Part shown: one piece after another, positions 40,981-50,198 of the stretch
How the letters are laid out: the number at the start of each line of letters is the position of its first letter
Numbering within the stretch: the stretch's first letter is position 1
NCBI GenBank assembly: GCA_963725865.1
Contig: CAVSAC010000014.1
Span: 1,568,001-1,632,000, forward strand
Direction of reading: 5' to 3'
Source of the DNA: Candidatus Eiseniibacteriota bacterium
GTDB lineage: Bacteria; Eisenbacteria; RBG-16-71-46
Length of the DNA stretch: 64,000 bases
Made by a program: the position numbers and the translations under genes
Notes under the pieces: generated by a model
Databases searched by the model: none
Told to the model about the DNA's origin: nothing
Seen by the model: only the letters and a program-made list of their open reading frames with translations

Positions 40981-41050
40981 CGGATCCAATCGGCAGGCGC
41001 GGGACTCCCAGGTGCGTACGCTTCCCACCACCGACCCGAGGAGGACGCGA

Positions 41051-41464
41051 ATGGCGCTCACGCAGCACCGATACGGTTTCGGCACTCCAGTGGCGCTCGG
41101 ATTCGACGCCGCTCTCGAGCGCACCATCGAGCTCCTCAAGGACGAGGGCTTCGGCGTGCTCACCACGATCGACGTGCAACGCACCCTGAAGGAGAAGCTG
41201 GACGTCGGCTTCCGGCGCTACACCATCCTGGGAGCCTGCAATCCCCCGCTGGCCCACCGTGCGTTTGAGGCGGAGCTGGAGATCGGTCTGCTGCTGCCCT
41301 GCAACGTCGTGGTCTACGAGGACGGCGCCCGATCCGTGGTGGCCTTCATGGACCCGGGCGCCGCGCTGGGCGTGGTCGGCAATCCCGGGCTCGAACCGGT
41401 AGCCCGCGAGGCTCGCGAACGGCTCCTGCGGGTCGCCGGTCGCCTGGCCGCCCTCCAACCCTGA
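41051..41464 (+). CDS. DUF302 family protein
   Basis: 'GFGVLTTIDV...YTILGACNP...IGLLLPCNVVVYE'. Confidence 0.9.
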   Translation: MALTQHRYGFGTPVALGFDAALERTIELLKDEGFGVLTTIDVQRTLKEKLDVGFRRYTILGACNPPLAHRAFEAELEIGLLLPCNVVVYEDGARSVVAFMDPGAALGVVGNPGLEPVAREARERLLRVAGRLAALQP

Positions 41465-41765
41465 GCCACAGCGAAACCTGGCCGCCGCCCGCGCCGCCCC
41501 GCCGAGGGTGCGACCCGGGCATTTCTCGAGGTCCCGAGCGAGCGTTCCGAAACGGAGACATGCTGCCATTCCGTTGCGGGAGCTAGCTTCACTGGGCTCG
41601 CCTGCTCCTACCCCCCAGCGGCGGACCGACGGTCCCGACGAACGCGTCTCTGATGCGCCCACGTCCCAGGGCCGACGTGCGTAGACACCGGGCGCACGCC
41701 CGAGCGATGCATGGACCCTGCATGCGCCGCGCACCCGGGGACGCCATGCGTCCCGGAGGTGATTC

Positions 41766-42476
41766 ATGAAGCAGCTGGCCACGCTCGCGGCGCTCGCGAT
41801 GCTCGTGATCGCAGTGACCGCCGTCGATTCCCGCGCGGGAAGTCCGCTGCCGGGCAACTACACCACGCTCGCCGGGACGATCCTGTCGGGGCGCGGGTCG
41901 GAATCCAATCCCTGCGATGGATGTGATGGGCAGATCGGCAATCTCCTCATGGCGGAATCATGGAGCGGCTCGGCGCTCGGTACCGAGTGGAAGGTCTCCT
42001 GTCCGCAGATCGCCGCGGCGCCGGTGCTGCTGCTCGACACCGTGGTAGGAGGCACTGGCCAGCGCATCTACCGCACCTCCTACAGCGGCGGAACCATGTG
42101 GCTCTCGGGAACCGGAGCATGGGCCGGGGGCGATGCGGACTACCTGGGGACGCTGACCGCGTTCACCACGATCGCCACCGTCCAGATCGTGGGCGGAGCG
42201 ATCGTCGGGGTCGTGAGCAACATCAACCTGAGTGGGGACTTCAGCGGCTACAGCGACTGCTTCTCCATGGCCATCACCAACGCGGCGATGGTGGGACGCA
42301 CGCCCGGCGCGGCGCCCGGGGTCTGGCCCGCGTTGATGGGGCCGACCGACTGCGCCGCGAGCGCCACCCACGGCGTGTGGTGGAACGTGAGCGACGTGAC
42401 TCTGTCGCTGCTGGGTTCCTGCGCCACCGACGCCAATTCCTCCACCTGGGGAAGCCTGAAGCTCCTGTATCGCTAG
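41766..42476 (+). CDS. Secreted hypothetical protein with C-terminal TWGSLKLLYR motif
   Basis: GGAGG RBS, signal peptide, beta-rich Cys-containing body; paralogous to 43812-44570. Confidence 0.8.
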   Translation: MKQLATLAALAMLVIAVTAVDSRAGSPLPGNYTTLAGTILSGRGSESNPCDGCDGQIGNLLMAESWSGSALGTEWKVSCPQIAAAPVLLLDTVVGGTGQRIYRTSYSGGTMWLSGTGAWAGGDADYLGTLTAFTTIATVQIVGGAIVGVVSNINLSGDFSGYSDCFSMAITNAAMVGRTPGAAPGVWPALMGPTDCAASATHGVWWNVSDVTLSLLGSCATDANSSTWGSLKLLYR

Positions 42477-42920
42477 CTCGGTCCGACGGTCGGGCGTGAG
42501 GCCGGGAGATCGAGATCCCGGCCCCGCCGATCGTGGGAGCCCCGTGTCAGCGAAGGTCTGTCCGGCCTGCGATCGACGACCGGGTCTCATCGGATCCCGT
42601 TGAGGCTTGATGCATCTGGAGTTCGAACCGTGGGCCGCCCCGGGCGGCCGGGCGGCTTGGAGGATTTCCGAACATATTCCTTGAGAGGTTCCGTCCTTAC
42701 GGGATATCCTACTAGCGCTAGGAACGGGCCGAGTTGCCATCTCCTTTCCGAGCACTGCGTCGGCCGCCAGCACGTGTTGCGCGCAAGAAGCCGTGACCTC
42801 CCGCGAGACACGCGAGCGAAACCATCCGTCCGTGCCGATCGAGCGTCGACCCGCTCGGCGGTGGCGCCGTCCCGAATGGGCGCGTCGTAGGGAACTTCGA
42901 CGTCGAGTGGAGGTGCATCC

Positions 42921-43616
42921 ATGGATCGTCACGCTACCCCGTTCGTTGCAGCTGTTCTCGCCCTGATGCTGGGTGCATCTGCGGCGTCCGCCGCCGCGCT
43001 TCGAGTCCCGCAGATCCCGGTCAACGGCACTTCCCTGCAGACCTACCTGAACGGCGTCGGCGAGTCGATCAATGTGCCGACCGACCAAGCGGACGCCCAG
43101 GAATGGGCCTCGACCGTCTCGGGCAACTCCACGTTCACGATGATGATCGAGCTGGCGGGCTACGCCGCGAGCAACAAGGTGGGCGTCTACAACGGCGATG
43201 CGGTCTCCCCGTCGCTCTTCCAGGTCTTCCCGGGCGCGGCGGACGCGGGTTGGTTCGCGATCGCGTCGTTCAAGCCGGGCAACAAGCTGATCGTGAACCT
43301 GTTCGACGCGACCGCCACGCTGCAGAGCACGACCACCTATCTGGGCGTGAACTCGCAGGACTTCGGATTCTATCTGAAGGGTCCTGGCGGCACGTTCTAC
43401 ACCCAGGACGTCCGCAACGGCGGTGGCCTGGCGCAGGCGATCACCTTCGCCGCCACGGGCGGCAACGCGGGTTCGTGGTGGCTGGCGTTCGAGGACCTGC
43501 CGCGCAGTGGCGTCAGCGACGCCGACTTCAACGATGCCGTGCTGTTCCTGGAGTCGATCAATCCCACGCCCGTCGGCACCACCACCTGGGGCGGCCTGAA
43601 GTCGCGCTACCGCTGA
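42921..43616 (+). CDS. Secreted protein with DUF4114-like motif and C-terminal TWGGLKSRYR
   Basis: GGAGG RBS, signal peptide, 'LAFEDL...SDADFNDAVL'. Confidence 0.8.
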   Translation: MDRHATPFVAAVLALMLGASAASAAALRVPQIPVNGTSLQTYLNGVGESINVPTDQADAQEWASTVSGNSTFTMMIELAGYAASNKVGVYNGDAVSPSLFQVFPGAADAGWFAIASFKPGNKLIVNLFDATATLQSTTTYLGVNSQDFGFYLKGPGGTFYTQDVRNGGGLAQAITFAATGGNAGSWWLAFEDLPRSGVSDADFNDAVLFLESINPTPVGTTTWGGLKSRYR

Positions 43617-43642
43617 TCCGCGCTTCGTCCGGCGATGGTTTC

Positions 43643-43670
43643 GAGAGGCCCCGCAATCGCGGGGCCTCTC
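43643..43670 (+). terminator. Terminator-like hairpin
   Basis: GAGAGGCCCCGC-AATC-GCGGGGCCTCTC (12 bp perfect). Confidence 0.6.
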
Positions 43671-43707
43671 GCGTTCGTGCCCGGTGGGGCCGCGAGCCCG
43701 ACAGTCA

Positions 43708-43736
43708 TTGAATACGCCCGGGGTAGGGGCTAGCCT
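43708..43736 (+). promoter_or_regulatory. Possible sigma-70-type promoter
   Basis: TTGAAT-N17-TAGCCT upstream of ATG 43812. Confidence 0.45.
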
Positions 43737-43811
43737 GCGAATGTCCCCTTTGGATCCGCCCGCGCGATGCGGGCGCTTCCCTCGACCCCGATACGCAATG
43801 GAGGTGCGTCT

Positions 43812-44570
43812 ATGCCACGAATCGCGACCCAGGTGTTCTTCGCGCTCCTCGTCCTCGCGGCCACCGCGAACTTCGCATCCGCGACTGGTCCCACGCCGAC
43901 TCCCGGCATCTACCACTCGATCGATCATCCGGTCACGCCCGGTCTCGTGCTCACCGGCCGCGGCGCCAACTCGTGGATCGGACCTGCCGGTGGCAGCAAT
44001 GGCACCGACGCCGTGTTCAACGCCGCCTCGTTCATCGGTGCGATCCAGGGCGGTCAGGATGTCTCGGGACTCGGCACCCAGTGGATCTGGTCCTGCGGCA
44101 TCGCCGACGCGCCCCACTCGATCGTGGACCAGCGCGTGGGCGGCAACGGTCCGGTGTTCTACACGCAGCACTTCACGGGCGGCCATTTCTGGCTCTCGAA
44201 GGACGGTCCGTGGGGCGACACCGTCAACGACTGGACCGGAATCATCGGCGGCACGACGGAGATCACCACCGTCGAGTACGTGATGATCGGCGGCGTGAGT
44301 ACGCCGGTGCAGTCGCGCGTGAACATCAACTCCGAGGGCACTTTCGATGGCGGCTGCGTGATCCAGTTCGTGATCGCGAACGGCACCGGGGTCGGGGACA
44401 CCGACCTGATGCCGAAGCCGGTCGACTACCCGGACTTCCTGGACCTGGCCTGCGGGGCGACCCGCATCTACGGTTCGTTCGGTCTGATCCAGGACATCAC
44501 GATGCTCATCGACTGCGCGACGCCGGCGCAGCCGCGCACCTGGGGCGCGCTCAAGACGATGTATCGCTAG
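43812..44570 (+). CDS. Secreted hypothetical protein with C-terminal TWGALKTMYR motif
   Basis: GGAGG RBS, signal peptide; paralog of 41766-42476. Confidence 0.8.
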   Translation: MPRIATQVFFALLVLAATANFASATGPTPTPGIYHSIDHPVTPGLVLTGRGANSWIGPAGGSNGTDAVFNAASFIGAIQGGQDVSGLGTQWIWSCGIADAPHSIVDQRVGGNGPVFYTQHFTGGHFWLSKDGPWGDTVNDWTGIIGGTTEITTVEYVMIGGVSTPVQSRVNINSEGTFDGGCVIQFVIANGTGVGDTDLMPKPVDYPDFLDLACGATRIYGSFGLIQDITMLIDCATPAQPRTWGALKTMYR

Positions 44571-44593
44571 TCCGTCCCTCGACGTTGACCAGG

Positions 44594-44619
44594 CGGGGCC
44601 TCGCGCGAGCGGGGCCCCG
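44594..44619 (+). terminator. Terminator-like hairpin (GCGA loop)
   Basis: CGGGGCCTCGC-GCGA-GCGGGGCCCCG followed by TTTCT. Confidence 0.55.
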
Positions 44620-44649
44620 TTCTGCTCCGGCCGCACGGCGCGGTGGCGA

Positions 44650-44678
44650 TTGACAGGCCCCGGCGCGGTTCCTAGATT
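44650..44678 (+). promoter_or_regulatory. Sigma-70-type promoter of the kinase operon (near-leaderless)
   Basis: TTGACA-N17-TAGATT, 9 nt before GTG 44688. Confidence 0.6.
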
Positions 44679-44687
44679 GCGCGCGGC

Positions 44688-46091
44688 GTGCCGTTCGAGC
44701 TCGCGCGCCGTCGCCTCAGCCCGGAGGGGAACCTGCAGCGGACCATCTCCGCCACCGTGATGTTCGCCGTCGCGGCCGTCGTCGCGACCGCTCTGCTGGC
44801 GGCGATCTCCTACCGCGGCGTGCATGGCGCGCTGGAGGCCGAGTTCTCGCGTCGGATCGCCGCAGCGGCTGCCGCCACCGCCGCGCAGATCAGCCCCGAG
44901 GACATCGCGGATGCGCGCCTGCTGGGCGAGGACGGTCCCGGCTATGCCGTTCTGCAGGTGCAGCTGGAGGGTCTGCGCGTCAGCGCCGGCCTCACGGATG
45001 CCTCGGCGTTCGACAGCGCACGCGTCACGCTCTACGACTGCCAGGACTCCGAGGCGGCGCGCGAGGTCACGCACCTCGACACGCTGGCGCGCGCGGAGGT
45101 CCTGCGAGCGCTCGCAGGCCGGCCGGCGCTGACTCGCGCCTACGCGCGCGCGGGCTCGCCCCATCGCGCAGCGTTGGCGCCCGTTTTCGGCGGGGATCGA
45201 CGGGTCGCCGGCGTGGTGGTGGTCGAAGCGCGGCTGGACTACCTGCCCGTGCTCGAGCGCTTCAAGCGCACGCTGGCGCTCGCCGCCTTGCTGGTCGCGC
45301 TCGCGATGACGGTCCTGGCGCTGGTGGTGGCGCGCGCCGCGCAGACCTCCGCGCGCCTGGAGCGCCAGCTCTCACGCTCGGAGAACCTCGCCGCGATGGG
45401 TCGCCTGACCGCGACGCTGGCGCATGAGATCAAGAACCCGCTCGCCATCATCCGCGGCTCCGCGCAGCGCCTGGGCCGGCTCGCTCCGGAGGCGCAGCGC
45501 ATGGCCGACTACGTGGTCGAGGAGACCGACCGACTCACGGCGACGGTCGCGCGCTACCTCCAGTTCGCGCGTGGCGAGACCGAATCGGGTGGCACCGGCG
45601 ACGCGGCGCTGGCGCTCGGCGCCACCCTCGACCTGCTCGAGGGCGAGGTCCACGCGCGCCGGGTCACGCTCGTGCGCCCCACGGGTGGTCCCGCGTCGGC
45701 GCCCGTGCCACTCGACAACGAGTCCTTGAAACAGGTCTACTTGAACCTGATGCTCAACGCGCTCGATGCCATGGCGGACGGTGGGACGCTCACGATCGCC
45801 ATGGCCGAGCGCGGCGGTGACGTCGAGGTGGGGATCACCGACACCGGACCGGGCATGCCGTCCGAGTTGGTGCGGCGGCTGGGCGATCCGTTCTTCACCA
45901 CCAAGGCGAAGGGCTCGGGGCTCGGACTGTTCCTGACCCGCGGGCTCGTGCAGTCGGCGGGTGGCAGGCTGGAGATCCGCAGCGTGCTCGGTCGGGGAAC
46001 CGAGTGCACGATCCGGCTTCCGCGCGTGCGCGGCGCGGGCGCGGCCCCGGCATCGCGCGAGGCCGGCAGCCACGGAGAGGACGCGACGTGA
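44688..46091 (+). CDS. Membrane sensor histidine kinase
   Basis: Two TMs with a periplasmic domain; 'LAAMGRLTATLAHEIKNPL', NALDAM, DTGPGM, GSGLGL. Confidence 0.93.
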   Translation: MPFELARRRLSPEGNLQRTISATVMFAVAAVVATALLAAISYRGVHGALEAEFSRRIAAAAAATAAQISPEDIADARLLGEDGPGYAVLQVQLEGLRVSAGLTDASAFDSARVTLYDCQDSEAAREVTHLDTLARAEVLRALAGRPALTRAYARAGSPHRAALAPVFGGDRRVAGVVVVEARLDYLPVLERFKRTLALAALLVALAMTVLALVVARAAQTSARLERQLSRSENLAAMGRLTATLAHEIKNPLAIIRGSAQRLGRLAPEAQRMADYVVEETDRLTATVARYLQFARGETESGGTGDAALALGATLDLLEGEVHARRVTLVRPTGGPASAPVPLDNESLKQVYLNLMLNALDAMADGGTLTIAMAERGGDVEVGITDTGPGMPSELVRRLGDPFFTTKAKGSGLGLFLTRGLVQSAGGRLEIRSVLGRGTECTIRLPRVRGAGAAPASREAGSHGEDAT

Positions 46092-47482
46092 AGGTCCTGG
46101 TGGTCGACGACGAGGTGCGCAACGCGGAACTGACCGCGCTCGAGCTGCGCGAGGCCGGGCACGATACGGAGTTCGTGAACGGCGGTGCCGCGGCGCTGAA
46201 GCGCCTCGCCGCCGGCGACATCGCGGCCGTGGTCACTGACCTGCGCATGGCGCCGCCCGACGGCCTGGCGCTGCTCGAGGAGGCCCGTCGCCGCTGGCCT
46301 GGAACGATCGTCGTGCTGATGACCGCGTACGCCAGCATGGAGACCGCGCGCCGGGCGCTCACGATGGGCGCCTACGACTACGTCGACAAGGCCGGTGAGT
46401 TCCGCGCCGAGCTGCGCGCGATCCTCGACAAGGCGGCGCGCGAACGGGCGCTGAGCGCCGAGAACCGCGCGATCAAGAAGAGCTTCGCGCCGGTCGTGGG
46501 CGACTCCCCGGCCGTCCAGCACGCGCTCGAGCTGGCGCGCAAGGTCGCGGCCACCGACTCCAACGTGCTGCTGCGCGGTGAGAGTGGCACCGGCAAGGAC
46601 CTGTTCGCGCGCACCATCCACCTGAGCAGCAGGCGGGCGTCGGGCCCGTGGGTCAAGGTGAACTGCGGCGCCCTGCCGGAGGCGCTGCTCGAGAGCGAGC
46701 TGTTCGGACACGAGAAGGGCGCGTTCACGGGTGCCATCCGCCAGAAGCCCGGGCGCTTCGAGGATGCCGACGGCGGCACGCTGTTCCTCGACGAGATCGG
46801 GGAGCTGCCGCTCGCGCTCCAGGTGAAGCTGCTGCAGGTCATCGAGGAGAAGACGTTCCTCCGCGTCGGCGGCAACACCCCGATCTGCGTCGACGTGCGC
46901 ATCGTCGCCGCCACGAATCGAGACCTCGAGACGATGACACGTGAGCGTACGTTTCGCGAGGACCTGTTCTTCCGCCTGAACGTGTTCCCGATCGTGCTCC
47001 CACCGCTCCGCGAGCGGCCCGACGATGTGGCGCGGCTGACCTCGTTCTTCCTGCGCCGTCTTGGCGTGCCGGACGATCACGTGACGCCCGCCGCACTGCA
47101 GGCGCTCGAACGCCACGGATTCCCGGGTAACGTGCGCGAGCTCGAGAACGTGCTCGAGCGCGCGCTCATCCTGGCCGGCAGCGACCCGATCGATCTCGAG
47201 CACCTGGCGTTCGGCGGCGCGCCGTCGCCGAACGCCGCCGGCGCGTCCGGCGTGCCCGCGTGGGTGCCGGCGATCCCGCCCGACGGGCTATCGCTCGAGG
47301 TGCTCGAACGCGAGCTGATCGTGCAGGCGCTCGAGCGCGCACGCGGCAACAAGAGCCAGGCCGCGCGCCTGCTCGGGCTCACGCGGCGTACGCTCTACTC
47401 GCGCATGGAACGCCACGGGCTGCGACGGCCCGGTGAGGGCGACGACGCCGGCGACGACGAGGGTGCGGGAGGCGAGGCATGA
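46088..47482 (+). CDS. Sigma-54-dependent response regulator (AtoC/ZraR-like)
   Basis: REC domain, [38 protein letters not shown] overlap with the kinase stop. Confidence 0.95.
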   Translation: MKVLVVDDEVRNAELTALELREAGHDTEFVNGGAAALKRLAAGDIAAVVTDLRMAPPDGLALLEEARRRWPGTIVVLMTAYASMETARRALTMGAYDYVDKAGEFRAELRAILDKAARERALSAENRAIKKSFAPVVGDSPAVQHALELARKVAATDSNVLLRGESGTGKDLFARTIHLSSRRASGPWVKVNCGALPEALLESELFGHEKGAFTGAIRQKPGRFEDADGGTLFLDEIGELPLALQVKLLQVIEEKTFLRVGGNTPICVDVRIVAATNRDLETMTRERTFREDLFFRLNVFPIVLPPLRERPDDVARLTSFFLRRLGVPDDHVTPAALQALERHGFPGNVRELENVLERALILAGSDPIDLEHLAFGGAPSPNAAGASGVPAWVPAIPPDGLSLEVLERELIVQALERARGNKSQAARLLGLTRRTLYSRMERHGLRRPGEGDDAGDDEGAGGEA

Positions 47483-48135
47483 ATCTCATCCGTGGGCTGC
47501 TGTTCGACAACCTCGGGCTCAAGCTGGTCGCGCTGCTGATGGCCGTGCTGGTCTACCTGAACGTGTACACGGACCGCCCCGCCACCATGCTGGTGTCGTT
47601 CCCGGTCCAGGTCACCGACCTCGCGGATTCGCTCACGCTCACCGGACCGGTGCCCGGCGTGGTGCAGGCCGAGCTCAAGGCCACCGGCAAGATGCTCATC
47701 CGCATCCGGCTCAGCGAGCCCTCGCTGCCGGTGTCGCTCGCGAGCGTGGAGCGCGGACGCTACGAGCGCACCATCGCCGCGGCCGACCTGCCGCTCGCTT
47801 CGTTCCCCGGCGTCGAGGTGGTGCGCGTCGTGGGGCCGCGCATGCTGGAGCTGGAGATCGACCGCCGGGTGAAGCTGCGACTGCCGGCCGCCGCGCGGCT
47901 CGAAGGCCCGGGCGCGGCGGGCCCGCTGTCCGTCGTGGTCCAGCCTGCGATCGTCACGATCAGTGGGCCGGAGTCCGCGATCGGGGACCTCGACAGTCTG
48001 GTGCTCGACCCGGTGCGGCTCGACGCCCGCCACGGCGTCGTGCGTGTGCAGGTGGCGCCCGCCAGCCTGCCGGAGTGGTGCCTGGCCGATCCGCCAGTCG
48101 TGACCGTGGTGGTCGCGCCGCGTTCCGCGCGCTGA
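47479..48135 (+). CDS. YbbR/CdaR-like membrane-anchored protein
   Basis: 'LFDNLGLKLVALLMAVLVY' N-terminal anchor; 'QPAIVTISGPESAI' YbbR-type repeat. Confidence 0.75.
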   Translation: MNLIRGLLFDNLGLKLVALLMAVLVYLNVYTDRPATMLVSFPVQVTDLADSLTLTGPVPGVVQAELKATGKMLIRIRLSEPSLPVSLASVERGRYERTIAAADLPLASFPGVEVVRVVGPRMLELEIDRRVKLRLPAAARLEGPGAAGPLSVVVQPAIVTISGPESAIGDLDSLVLDPVRLDARHGVVRVQVAPASLPEWCLADPPVVTVVVAPRSAR

Positions 48136-48572
48136 GCGCGCTTCGCGGTGAAATGCGGAGCGCCCCGGCATGCGTGCCCGGAGCGCTCCCTGGTTCATCG
48201 TGATGGCGGGGCCGAGTGCCGCGCTAGGAGATGGCAGGCTCGGTTGGTGGGACGCGACCCTCGGCGCGCCGCCACCCGACGTCATGGCAACCGATGTGCC
48301 AGCCGCGGCGAGCTCCCACGGGGCGGGCTGGCGCCGCCCACGGCGCCACATTAGCGCGCGTCGAGCGCCTGAGTGACCGCGCGTCCGCCGCCTGCCCGCT
48401 GCACGACGCACGCGCACGCCAAGCGCCTCGCAAGGTCCGCCGGCCCCACCGGCGCACGTTCGACCGAGTGCGTCCCGCGCGCGCGACGCGACCGCGCGCG
48501 CCGCGGGGGCGTGCAGCGTGCACGCCCGGCGCGAGATCGCCCATCGCGACCATGGGTCGGCCTCCCGCGAGG

Positions 48573-49718
48573 TCAGCGGGCCGGCGCGCGGAGGTCGCCG
48601 AGCGGCTCCACTCGAGCCGCCTTCGCCACCTCGAGCGCGCGGCCGAGGGCGCGCTTCTCGTCCTCGTCGGTCGATTTCGCGATCAGATGCTCGAGCGCGC
48701 TCACGTGCGCCACCACCAGCGCCGAGTCGGTGGAGCAGGGCAGGTCCGGCAGCACCCCGGAGCCCTCCCAGTTGGTGTGCGAGATCGGGTTGCGCGCCCG
48801 ACCGTTGGAGATGAATGCGGCGAAGTGCTCCGAGAGCCGCACGAACCCGCCCGGATTGGCGGCTCCGATCGTGGTGTCGCCGACGAGCGTGGCGCGCGCG
48901 AGGTTCTTGAGGTTGTAGCTGAACTCCTCGGCCGCCGACCCGGTGCGAGCGCTGGTGAGCACGAACACCTCCTTGCCCGTGTAGCGGCTGCCGGGCACCC
49001 ACGGCAGCGTGTGGTACTGCTCCTCGCGCTCGTGGCCGCCGTCGCGCATGACGAGGTCGTTGAGGTGGGTGCGGTCGTCGTCGGGGAACAGGTAGCTCGA
49101 CAGCAGCGCCACCATCTCGGGGCTGCCGCCGCCGTTGCGGCGCACGTCGATGATGAGGGCATCCGTGTGCGCGAGCAGGTTCATCGCGGCCACGGCCGCG
49201 GCGCCGGCCGCGGGCGTCGCCGGCGCGAACTGGCGCACCTCCAGGTAGCCGATGTTGCCGGCCAGCCGCTCGGCCCGCTCGAATCCGAAGTTGGTGCGCT
49301 CCGCCTGGCGCGTCAGCCGGCGCAACTCCTCGGGTGGCGGCGGACCCTCGCGCTGGAGCATTGGAATCGGCTCGTATCGGTAGCCGACCCGGAAGTGCCG
49401 GTCGTGTCCCACGCGGCGCAGCAGGATCGTGAGCGTGTCGGCGAAGGCCTCGGCGCTGCCGATTCGATCGAACGCGCCGCCGCGCTCGCGTCGTCGCAGT
49501 TCGCGCTCGAGATCCCGCGCCACCGCCGGGAACACGTAGTTCGCGTTCAGCGCCGCGATCAGCGAGTCCAGCACCGCGTGCCGGACCGCCGTGTCGACCG
49601 TCATGTCGGGCTGGTCCTGCGCCGGCGGCGCCAGTTGGGCGCGTGCGGGGCAGACCGGGTGCAGGGCGAGCGCGAGCGCGATCCAGACTGGGGCGAGGAC
49701 CGGGGAGCGAGGACGCAC
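48573..49718 (-). CDS. S41 family peptidase
   Basis: GTG after AGGAGG; signal peptide; GNIGYL, LIIDVRRNGGG, TGSAAEEF, VGDTTIGA, WEGSGVLPD. Confidence 0.9.
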   Translation of the reverse strand: MRPRSPVLAPVWIALALALHPVCPARAQLAPPAQDQPDMTVDTAVRHAVLDSLIAALNANYVFPAVARDLERELRRRERGGAFDRIGSAEAFADTLTILLRRVGHDRHFRVGYRYEPIPMLQREGPPPPEELRRLTRQAERTNFGFERAERLAGNIGYLEVRQFAPATPAAGAAAVAAMNLLAHTDALIIDVRRNGGGSPEMVALLSSYLFPDDDRTHLNDLVMRDGGHEREEQYHTLPWVPGSRYTGKEVFVLTSARTGSAAEEFSYNLKNLARATLVGDTTIGAANPGGFVRLSEHFAAFISNGRARNPISHTNWEGSGVLPDLPCSTDSALVVAHVSALEHLIAKSTDEDEKRALGRALEVAKAARVEPLGDLRAPAR

Positions 49719-49883
49719 GGGGACCTCCTGGTCGAAGGTGGCGACATCGGCGGACGGTGCTTGGACCGCCCGGACGCGGGGGCGGTTGCACGCTTCGCGC
49801 GTCATCCCGCCAGCGCGGCGACACCGGGTCCGAGCGCGGTGCCGCGTTCCCGTTGCGCGACGCGCGACCGCCGCGGCAAGGCC

Positions 49884-49912
49884 TTGACACCCCCGGGAGC
49901 CGCCCCTACTCT
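49884..49912 (+). promoter_or_regulatory. Sigma-70-type promoter of rho
   Basis: TTGACA-N17-TACTCT, about 285 nt upstream of the rho ATG. Confidence 0.65.
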
Positions 49913-50198
49913 TCCTGCCGTGCCGGGTGGCATGGTTCCCGAGACCCCCGGCTCGCTATCGCGGCGCCCACGCTCGTGCCCCGGGTCCCGCTGAACTCCC
50001 CGACATTCCGCAGCGGCCGCCAAACGGCGTCCAGCCTCACCCATACCACCGAGGGATCCGCTCCAGTCGCACCGAGTCCTTCACCCCCACACGGACCACC
50101 CAGACCCACCGGGACGCGCCGCTTGCGCGACGCCACACCCGGACCGGGCGCCGCCGCTCCCGCGGACTCCACGGCCCCCGCCCCAAGAAGGCACGACG

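Noticed and set aside
42690..42740. 'GGCCGAGTTGCC' resembling the 3' end of a c-di-GMP-I riboswitch
   Set aside because: No upstream GAAA-tetraloop stem or GCAAA-type conserved core could be found.
38473..44678. Similar promoters of lpdA and the kinase (TTGACAG...TTCCTAGA.T)
   Set aside because: Most simply two good matches to the housekeeping consensus; two instances are not enough to claim a shared regulator.
48136..48572. 437-nt gap between convergent genes containing short ORFs
   Set aside because: No credible RBS, motif or strong structure identified.
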